Of a stretch of 64,000 bases of DNA, positions 57,600 through 64,000 are shown in pieces. This stretch comes from Eubacteriales bacterium (GTDB lineage Bacteria; Bacillota; Clostridia; Oscillospirales; CAG-272), in contig JAZNXW010000004.1 in the NCBI GenBank assembly GCA_045594085.1, forward strand, positions 230,849 to 294,848, given 5' to 3'. Every line of letters begins with the position of its first letter. Positions within the stretch are counted from its first letter, which is position 1. Position numbers and translations under genes: made by a program. The notes below the pieces were generated by a model. It had not been told where the DNA came from and searched no databases. It saw only the letters and a program-made list of their open reading frames with translations.

Positions 57600-59108
57600 A
57601 TGAGAAAAAAAGCGCTTTTTGCGGCAGTTTTTGCTCTTTTGACGCTGACCTCGTCAGCGCTTTCGTCGTGCTCCTTTGTTACTGTTAATTTTGATAATAT
57701 TTTTCCGTACGAGGGAACGTTTGCGGAGACGGAAACAGACTCCGACGGCAACGTCGTGACCTCCGCCGATCCTGTCGGTGGCGATACAGAGGATACGGAC
57801 GTGAAAGAACACGTCTATACCGGACTTGATGACGCGAAGGCGGCGCTTTCGACTGTCAGAGGCTACGATTTCGGCGGCGTGTCGCTGTTTATAAATACGA
57901 CGGCAACGGATGATATACACATCCTTACATCCGATTTCGACGACAGCGCCGAGATAGACGAAAACGATTATTCCGCCGCTGTGTATGAGCGTAACCGTAT
58001 GGTGGAAGAAAAGCTCAAATGCTCGATCAGATACAGACAGACAACACTCACCGAGATGATCGCGGACATTGAAGCCGCGGTCAAGGATGAGGCATATTAT
58101 GCGGATCTTCTCTGCGTCGGTGCAAACGAGCTGGCAACGCTCGCGAAGGAAGGCTGCCTTTACAATCTGCGCTCGCTTCCGTTTTTCGATACGAACAAAA
58201 AGTACTTCAACTCATCTGCCTCAAAGGCACTGTCTGCGGGATATTATGATTACGGTGTCATCAGCACGGCAACGATCAATCCCGACAACATCTATGCGAT
58301 GTTTGTGAACCTCGATAAGCTCGAGCAGGTCACCGACGCAGACGTCGAAGCGCTTGCGGCAAGCGGACAGTGGACGTGGGATCGTGCGATTGAAATAGCG
58401 AAAGCGTCATCGCTCTCGTACGCGGGCAGCATGGGCGCATTGGCTGACGTTATCGCGGCGTCGGGCGGAGTCAGATACGTAACGAACTCACATAACAAAA
58501 CACCTGTTTCAAAGTATACCGCTACGGCGGAAAAGGCGGTGGAAACGGCGCGTGCGCTCGCTTCACAATCCGAGCTTCTGCTTATGGGAGAAGCCAAGCT
58601 GAAGGAATCCTTTATGGCGGGTAAGACGACGCTTCATATAGGCAAGCTTACTTGTATGACTTCGCTTGCGAAGGCGGATTTTGACTGGACAGTCGTTCCG
58701 ATGCCGAAGCTTACTGAGGATCAGACCTCATACCGCACTTATATGGCGTCCTCGACGCTTGCGTATGCGGTTCCGATCACAACCACGGACACAGAAGGCG
58801 CAGGGGTGCTCATAAACGCGCTGTCTGCGGCGTCGTACGGATATCTCCGTGACACTTACGTGAAATATCATATGTATAATACCGTCCGAATGAGCACGAC
58901 GCTCGATATGGTCGAGCTGATATGGGATACTCCGTATTTTGATTTTGCACATACGCTCGGATCCGTGTCCGATGACATAGCAAACGGAACGTATAACGTC
59001 GTGCGTGAGGCGGCGGCTGATACGGAGCTTTCTGCAGAAAAACTCTTCTCCAAACGCTCGTCCGCGGCAGACAAGGCTCTCAAAAAATATTACGCACCCA
59101 AATGGTGA
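57600..59108 (+). CDS. large solute-binding-protein-like lipoprotein (orphan, no adjacent permeases)
   Basis: Lipobox LTSSALSSC. About 500 aa, with the layout of large Firmicute sugar SBPs. ATG 57600 lies 8 nt after GGAG. Confidence 0.6.
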   Translation: MRKKALFAAVFALLTLTSSALSSCSFVTVNFDNIFPYEGTFAETETDSDGNVVTSADPVGGDTEDTDVKEHVYTGLDDAKAALSTVRGYDFGGVSLFINTTATDDIHILTSDFDDSAEIDENDYSAAVYERNRMVEEKLKCSIRYRQTTLTEMIADIEAAVKDEAYYADLLCVGANELATLAKEGCLYNLRSLPFFDTNKKYFNSSASKALSAGYYDYGVISTATINPDNIYAMFVNLDKLEQVTDADVEALAASGQWTWDRAIEIAKASSLSYAGSMGALADVIAASGGVRYVTNSHNKTPVSKYTATAEKAVETARALASQSELLLMGEAKLKESFMAGKTTLHIGKLTCMTSLAKADFDWTVVPMPKLTEDQTSYRTYMASSTLAYAVPITTTDTEGAGVLINALSAASYGYLRDTYVKYHMYNTVRMSTTLDMVELIWDTPYFDFAHTLGSVSDDIANGTYNVVREAAADTELSAEKLFSKRSSAADKALKKYYAPKW

Positions 59109-59115
59109 TATAAAT

Positions 59116-59146
59116 AAAAAAACGCTCCCGATCGGGAGCGTTTTTG
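59116..59146. terminator. bidirectional terminator
   Basis: AAAAAAACGCTCCC-GATC-GGGAGCGTTTTT. Confidence 0.75.
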
Positions 59147-59158
59147 CTTGTGTGCTGG

Positions 59159-60235
59159 TCATTTTTCCGCCGCGTCGTTCATAAGTGCGTCAACGGCGCG
59201 TATTATGTCGTAAAACTGACTCTTGACGGAGTTGAAATAGCTGCCCTCGGACAGAACAACGAGGATGTAGGTCGAGGATTCGCTTTCAACGATTCCGCTG
59301 TCGCTGAAATACTTGGAGTTCCAGCCCGCCTTGTTCGCGACGGGCACGCCGAGCGCGATCTCAATGAAGTTCATATATTCGACCTCGGAGAAGAGGTCGT
59401 AAAGCATCTTGCCCGTGGCGGTTTCGTCCTTGTAATCGTAGATCTCTTGCCAGATCTTTGCCATATCGAGTGCTGTGACGTCGGGCCATCTCGTGCCCGA
59501 GACGAAAGCAGACGTGCAACCGAGCGAGGAGATCATTTCGTCGTAATCGGTGCGTCCGAAGCGGCGCAGGAGCATATAATAGCCCTCGTTGTCGCTTGAA
59601 ACAATCGTGTAATAAATGACCTGATAAAGCGTGTATTCCTTGCCGAGTCCGGCTTTTCCGATGACGTTGTCGCCGTATACGGTGTCGGCGGCAGTGTAGG
59701 TCAGCTTCTCGTCAAGAGACGCGTTGCCCGCGTCGATCTGACGGCAGACGTAGTAAACGTAGGCGGCTTTGATCATACTCGCCGCGCCGCGTTTTTCGTT
59801 TGCGTTGTAGGAAAGGGACGTGCCGCTTTCAAGATCGACAGCGAAGAAGGAGACGGGGCGGTCAAAGACCGCAATTGCGTCCGTGAGCACATCTGTGAGG
59901 GATGAGTCGGGGGTGTAACCGCCCTTGATGCCGAGCGTGTTATCGGCATAATCGGGCATATCGGGAAGACCGTCGATCCATGATGTGACCGTTTCGGTGT
60001 CGGAGTCTGTTTCGGTCTCGGACACGGGTTCGGTTTCGGTCTCTGTCTCCGTTTCGGCAGAGGATTCGGCGTCGGAGGTGTCGCCGTCGGCGTCTGATAC
60101 GGACACGGATCCCGTGTCCGTTTCCGTGTCGGTGTGGTCGTTACGGAGTCTTCCTCCGAAATGCGCGATCAGCACAGCGGCGACGATAAAAACGGCAAGT
60201 ATGGGGATCAGCCAAATGGCGGGATTTCGTTTCAT
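59159..60235 (-). CDS. membrane-anchored class-A-beta-lactamase-like serine hydrolase
   Basis: SMIK (SxxK), SSDNEG (SDN) and NKAGW (KxG) motifs. It has an N-terminal TM helix and a Thr/Glu/Asp/Ser-rich linker. Start trimmed to ATG 60235. Confidence 0.8.
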   Translation of the reverse strand: MKRNPAIWLIPILAVFIVAAVLIAHFGGRLRNDHTDTETDTGSVSVSDADGDTSDAESSAETETETETEPVSETETDSDTETVTSWIDGLPDMPDYADNTLGIKGGYTPDSSLTDVLTDAIAVFDRPVSFFAVDLESGTSLSYNANEKRGAASMIKAAYVYYVCRQIDAGNASLDEKLTYTAADTVYGDNVIGKAGLGKEYTLYQVIYYTIVSSDNEGYYMLLRRFGRTDYDEMISSLGCTSAFVSGTRWPDVTALDMAKIWQEIYDYKDETATGKMLYDLFSEVEYMNFIEIALGVPVANKAGWNSKYFSDSGIVESESSTYILVVLSEGSYFNSVKSQFYDIIRAVDALMNDAAEK

Positions 60236-60304
60236 GTTTGTGCTTCTTTCTTTGGTATATGCCAAACGGACAGACGGAATGAGCCGTGCTGTCCGTTTCG
60301 GGCA

Positions 60305-60766
60305 TTATTCTTCTGTATCTGTGTTTTCGGAGCGGAGCTTCAATATCTCCTCTATGAAGGTGTCAACGTCCTTGAACTCGCGATGTACAGATGCGAAACG
60401 AACGTATGCAACGGGATCCTGATGCTTGAGTCTTGCAAGCACCATCTCACCTACCTCCGCAGATGTGACCTCTCTGTTGAGCGAGCCGGAGAGGGCGGCT
60501 TCAATGTCGTTTGCGATCATTTCAGCCTTGACGGGGCGCTTTTCACACGCCTTGATGATGCCGACGAGCAGTTTGTTTTTGTCGAAAAGCTCTTTTGTTC
60601 CGTCGCGCTTGATAACGACGGGATGTACTGTATCTACCACCTCATAGGTGGTGAAGCGGCGCTGGCATGACAGACATTCACGTCTGCGTCTTATGCTTGA
60701 GGAATCGCTTGCGGGGCGCGAATCGACGACCTTGCTTTCGGGATAGCCGCAAATGGGGCACTTCAT
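60305..60766 (-). CDS. nrdR: transcriptional repressor NrdR
   Basis: MKCPICGYPESKVVDSRP...RRRECLSCQRRFTTYE zinc ribbon plus an ATP-cone. Start trimmed from 60814 to ATG 60766. Confidence 0.95.
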   Translation of the reverse strand: MKCPICGYPESKVVDSRPASDSSSIRRRRECLSCQRRFTTYEVVDTVHPVVIKRDGTKELFDKNKLLVGIIKACEKRPVKAEMIANDIEAALSGSLNREVTSAEVGEMVLARLKHQDPVAYVRFASVHREFKDVDTFIEEILKLRSENTDTEE

Positions 60767-60920
60767 ATCTATAATATCTCCGTTTTCATTCAGATTGATG
60801 TCGTAACGCAACATATAGTTGTGTCAATACGTATTATACCACATTTTTGTCCGAGTGCAAGGTGATTTTTCACATAAATTGTAAATATAATGTAAGCGGT
60901 GACCGAATTCAATCTGCTAC

Positions 60921-60949
60921 TTGACCTATCGGATGTTTTATTGTATAAT
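60921..60949 (+). promoter_or_regulatory. sigma-A-type promoter of the M23 gene
   Basis: TTGACC, a 17-nt spacer, then TATAAT. Confidence 0.6.
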
Positions 60950-61034
60950 ATGTTGGTAAAATGGTGTCCGATTTTCCCGATCCGGGACGAAAAATCTGCA
61001 CGGACACATGATTTAATTGCTTTTGGAGTTCAAT

Positions 61035-62690
61035 ATGAATAAAAAAATACTGACGGTCATATTGCTTATAGCACTGTTTATTCCGTCTTTTGTCGCGGTC
61101 GGATATTATTCTTCGACCAAAAAGGAGCCGGCGGACGTTAAAACGGTCAGCAATCTTAAAATCGAGGACCTTGCCGGAATGAAATGGGAGTTCTCGTCCG
61201 AGGATACTAACCCCGACTCCGCAACGATGATTAATCTCTTCGTCAATATGAAGAAGAACGCAACGGAGGTCACCTCTCTTCCCGATGCGATGGAAAACGA
61301 TGACTTCTTCCTCATTACACTGACGAGCTATGAGGTCGATTCTCAATATAAGTATTATTTCACATCCTCGCCCACGGACGCATATCTTGTGGATTCCGAA
61401 TCGAAGGTGTATAAGCTCAATGCAACGGACGTTGCCGAATTCCTTGCCACGAAATATTCCGCAAGCATCTATACGGTAACCAAAACGCCTACGCCCACAC
61501 TCAACGTAGCGGGCACGGTGATCTCTCCCGCATCTCTTGCATGGAATTACGAAAACTATGACGGAAAATTCCTCAGCATCGACACCTCCGAGATCATAAC
61601 GTCGGAGATCAAGACCTGCACTCTTGACGGCGGACTTGAGCTTTCCTTCAGCGAAGCTCCCGATTACGTTAAGATCACGGTAAAGAACGGTGAAGAGGTC
61701 ATCTTCTCCGATTCGATCGACAAGATCTCTGAGCTTTCACTTACAGGAGGAGATAATTTTGCCATTGACGTTTCTGCGGAATGGTATCAGACAGCGGAAA
61801 AGGACTTTTACGGCTCCGCAACGTATTCCTTTATCGGCGATATCGTTGATCCTGCCGTATTCTATATCGGACAGACGGAGATCGAAAACGGCGAGTTCGT
61901 TTGCATCGGGGGCAAGAACGTGGACGATCCGACAAAGATCGGCTTCTCATCTGAGCCTGCCATCGATTATACCCCCACCTTCTACACCGAAGGCGATTAC
62001 GTTTACGCTCTTGTTCCAATCGGATACGATTATGAGAACGGCGCCGATCAGGTCTATACCTTCACCCTTACATACGGCGCGACAACGCAGAATATAAGCC
62101 TCAATGTCAAGTCCTACAGCTACGGCAAGAGCAACAGTACCGTAAGTGCGGCTATTGAAAATGCGACTTATTCGGAGGAGGCTCGCAAGGAAGCGGAGGA
62201 TGCACTCCTGCCTCTTGCACAGTCCGCGGGACTGTCGGCTCATAAGTTTGACGGCACGTTCCTCGAGAATCCGTTTGACGCGGATGCGACCATTTCTCCC
62301 GGCTTCGGCAGAACGATCACTGTAACGGCGACGGGCACTCAGTACCGTCATACGGGCTGCGATTACAGCGTCGCAGAGGGCGTGGACGTCTATGCCGTCA
62401 ACTCCGGTGAGGTCGTTTATTCCGGCTACCTCACAACGACAGGTTATGTTGTCGTTGTCGATCACGGCTGGGGTCTCAGAAGCTGGTACTGTCACCTCTC
62501 CGAGTGTTCGGTATCCGTCGGTGACACGGTTGAAAAGGGCGGCGTGGTCGGCCTTTCCGGCGATACGGGCTTCGCGGCAAAGAATCGCACACATATCGGA
62601 CTTACGGTGGGTGACGTTCCCGTTCGTATCTACTCTTATTGGGATAACGCAGTTGCCATCCCCGATATGACGCCTGCGACAGCAGAATAA
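61035..62690 (+). CDS. M23-family (LytM-type) peptidase with large N-terminal domain
   Basis: N-terminal TM anchor. The C-terminal domain has HTGCDY (HxxxD), GWGLRSWYCHLS and GDTGFAAKNRTHIG. ATG 61035 lies 6 nt after GGAG. Confidence 0.85.
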   Translation: MNKKILTVILLIALFIPSFVAVGYYSSTKKEPADVKTVSNLKIEDLAGMKWEFSSEDTNPDSATMINLFVNMKKNATEVTSLPDAMENDDFFLITLTSYEVDSQYKYYFTSSPTDAYLVDSESKVYKLNATDVAEFLATKYSASIYTVTKTPTPTLNVAGTVISPASLAWNYENYDGKFLSIDTSEIITSEIKTCTLDGGLELSFSEAPDYVKITVKNGEEVIFSDSIDKISELSLTGGDNFAIDVSAEWYQTAEKDFYGSATYSFIGDIVDPAVFYIGQTEIENGEFVCIGGKNVDDPTKIGFSSEPAIDYTPTFYTEGDYVYALVPIGYDYENGADQVYTFTLTYGATTQNISLNVKSYSYGKSNSTVSAAIENATYSEEARKEAEDALLPLAQSAGLSAHKFDGTFLENPFDADATISPGFGRTITVTATGTQYRHTGCDYSVAEGVDVYAVNSGEVVYSGYLTTTGYVVVVDHGWGLRSWYCHLSECSVSVGDTVEKGGVVGLSGDTGFAAKNRTHIGLTVGDVPVRIYSYWDNAVAIPDMTPATAE

Positions 62691-62700
62691 AAACGACAGA

Positions 62701-62746
62701 AAACCGAGAAGACGCGGATAATTTGCGCCGTCTTCTCGGTTTTTGA
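62701..62746 (+). terminator. rho-independent terminator
   Basis: CCGAGAAGACG / CGTCTTCTCGG stem followed by TTTTT. Confidence 0.7.
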
Positions 62747-62787
62747 ACATTCTGTGAAAAAATATTGAAAAAATCTTCGGAAACCAC

Positions 62788-62816
62788 TTGACAATCATCT
62801 GACCGTGTGGTAAAAT
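62788..62816 (+). promoter_or_regulatory. sigma-A-type promoter of the nfeD-SPFH operon
   Basis: TTGACA, a 17-nt spacer, then TGGTAAAAT. Confidence 0.6.
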
Positions 62817-62904
62817 CTAATCAAGGTTGGAGGCGGTGGATCGATGTTTGCTGTGCCTTGTCGTCCGCCGATGTAACATAAACGAGCCGAAAGGAGGAAA
62901 GAAT

Positions 62905-63339
62905 ATGATCGAGTATATGCCGTATGTTTGGACGTTTGTGCTCATTATGAGCGTTCTTGTCGAAGCCGCAACGGCAACCCTCACAACGATCTGGTTTATG
63001 CCCGCAGGCTTCATCTGCCTCATCCTGGCGATATTTGACGTGAGCATTCCCGTTCAGATCGTCGCGTTTATCGTGCTCGGTGCAGTGGCGCTCGTTCTGT
63101 CAAAGACTGTGCTGAAAAACAAGATCGGCGTAGCCGAAAAGACAGCGACAAACGCAGACCGCATCATCGGCGCGTCCGCAGTCGTGACCGCAGATATCGA
63201 CAACGACCTGGCGACAGGCGAGATCGCTGTCAGCGGGCAGTATTGGACCGCAAGATCCGATGACGGTTCGAAGATCGCAAAGGGCGAAAAGGTCACGGTG
63301 CTTCGCATCGAAGGAGTAAAAGCGATCGTCAGAGCATAA
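62905..63339 (+). CDS. NfeD-family membrane protein
   Basis: ATG 62905 follows AGGAGG. It has N-terminal TM helices and a C-terminal OB-like domain (GEIAVSGQYWTARSDDGSKIAKGEKVTVLRIEGVKAIV). Confidence 0.85.
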   Translation: MIEYMPYVWTFVLIMSVLVEAATATLTTIWFMPAGFICLILAIFDVSIPVQIVAFIVLGAVALVLSKTVLKNKIGVAEKTATNADRIIGASAVVTADIDNDLATGEIAVSGQYWTARSDDGSKIAKGEKVTVLRIEGVKAIVRA

Positions 63340-63385
63340 AACGTTCGTTTTTACAGCAACATATTGACAACAAAGGAGAAAATTT

Positions 63386-64000
63386 ATGATCACAACAGCA
63401 GTTCTCAGCACAGGCGGAGCAGTAACTCTCGTTATCGTAGCAGCAGTGCTCCTTCTCATCGTAATCGCCAACATCAAGATCGTGCCGCAGGCACGCGCTT
63501 GCGTCGTTGAGCGTCTCGGCCGTTACCTCACAACGTGGGAAACGGGTATCCATTTCAAATTTCCTTTCATCGACCGCGTCGCAAAGAACGTCATCCTCAT
63601 GGAGCAGGTAGCGGATTTCCCGCCCCAGCCCGTTATTACGAAGGATAACGTAAGAATGCAGATCGATACAGTTGTTTTCTATCAAATCACTGACTGCAAG
63701 CTCTACGCTTACGGTCATATGAACCCCATTGCAGCTATTGAAAACCTCACCTCCACCACGCTCCGTAATATTATCGGTGAGCTTGATCTTGATGCAACTC
63801 TCACCTCCCGCGACGTTATCAACGTCAAGATGCGCTCTATCCTCGATGAAGTGACCGACCCTTGGGGTATCAAGGTCAACAGAGTCGAGCTCAAGAATAT
63901 CATCCCGCCCAAGGAGATCCAGGACGCGATGGAAAAGCAGATGAAGGCTGAGCGCGAACGCCGTGAGGCTATCCTCCGTGCAGAGGGCGAAAAGAAGTCC
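63386..64000 (+). CDS. SPFH/band-7 (stomatin-like) protein, 5' part only (runs off the window end)
   Basis: Not in the ORF track. ATG 63386 follows AAAGGAGA. My translation is MITTAVLSTGGAVTLVIVAAVLLLIVIANIKIVPQARACVVERLGRYLTTWETGIHFKFPFIDRV...ITKDNVRMQIDTVVFYQI...PWGIKVNRVELKNIIPP...EKQMKAERERR, open to base 64000. Confidence 0.9.
   Translation, partial: MITTAVLSTGGAVTLVIVAAVLLLIVIANIKIVPQARACVVERLGRYLTTWETGIHFKFPFIDRVAKNVILMEQVADFPPQPVITKDNVRMQIDTVVFYQITDCKLYAYGHMNPIAAIENLTSTTLRNIIGELDLDATLTSRDVINVKMRSILDEVTDPWGIKVNRVELKNIIPPKEIQDAMEKQMKAERERREAILRAEGEKKS

Noticed and set aside
59985-60125. Short periodic repeats (GTTTCGGTCTC / GGTGTCGG units) that could be mistaken for a repeat array.
   Set aside because: They lie inside a well-supported CDS and encode the TETE/SDSD acidic linker. 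There is no spacer-repeat organisation, so this is not a CRISPR or a tandem-repeat locus.
60950-61034. Possible c-di-AMP (ydaO-type) riboswitch upstream of cell-wall hydrolase genes (the M23 gene, and the 56338-56516 region before the VanY-like gene).
   Set aside because: The leaders are too short or lack the conserved ydaO elements I remember (paired ACGGGG...CCCA / GUGAAUC modules with pseudo-two-fold symmetry). Only isolated GGGGA/CCCCA strings are present. An Infernal scan would be needed to settle it.

Overview
This 64-kb chromosomal segment reads like a moderately GC-rich, spore-forming, glycan-degrading member of the Clostridia. That placement is an inference from spoVAC, gene content and protein sequences, because no rRNA marker is present. 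I can support about 62 protein-coding genes (two truncated by the window edges), one tRNA-Arg(CCT), a set of sigma-A-like promoters and about 20 hairpin terminators.

Three groups of genes dominate:
- Housekeeping: gap, a phosphoglucomutase, birA, htpG, recG, hppA, mltG, ftsK, rpsO-pnp, nrdR and a tmk-like gene.
- Cell envelope: a TagA-like GT26, a GT2, an O-antigen-ligase-like protein, a polysaccharide deacetylase, a VanY/M15B peptidase, an M23 peptidase and a class-A-like serine hydrolase.
- Carbohydrate use: scattered CAZymes (GH35, GH51, GH43, GH2) and one sugar ABC importer.

I found no rRNA, CRISPR array, transposase, integrase, phage gene, or recognisable defence or toxin module. I also found no convincing new multi-gene system.

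The items most worth a second look are small:
- A LytTR plus DUF3021-like two-gene module in an AT-rich islet.
- An XRE-TPR regulator islet with a perfect tandem 15-nt repeat and a candidate peptide sORF.
- A His/Cys/Asp-rich insertion in HtpG.
- A leader sORF with duplicated anti-SD-like repeats upstream of a CNNM/CorB-type transporter.
- A family-less 986-aa secreted, C-terminally anchored protein.
- A half-size TSUP/TauE gene pair.
- A signal-peptide-less Cu/Zn SOD with an 18-bp palindrome upstream.
- A long 5' leader on hppA.

All function calls come from motif recognition by eye. No database search was run.
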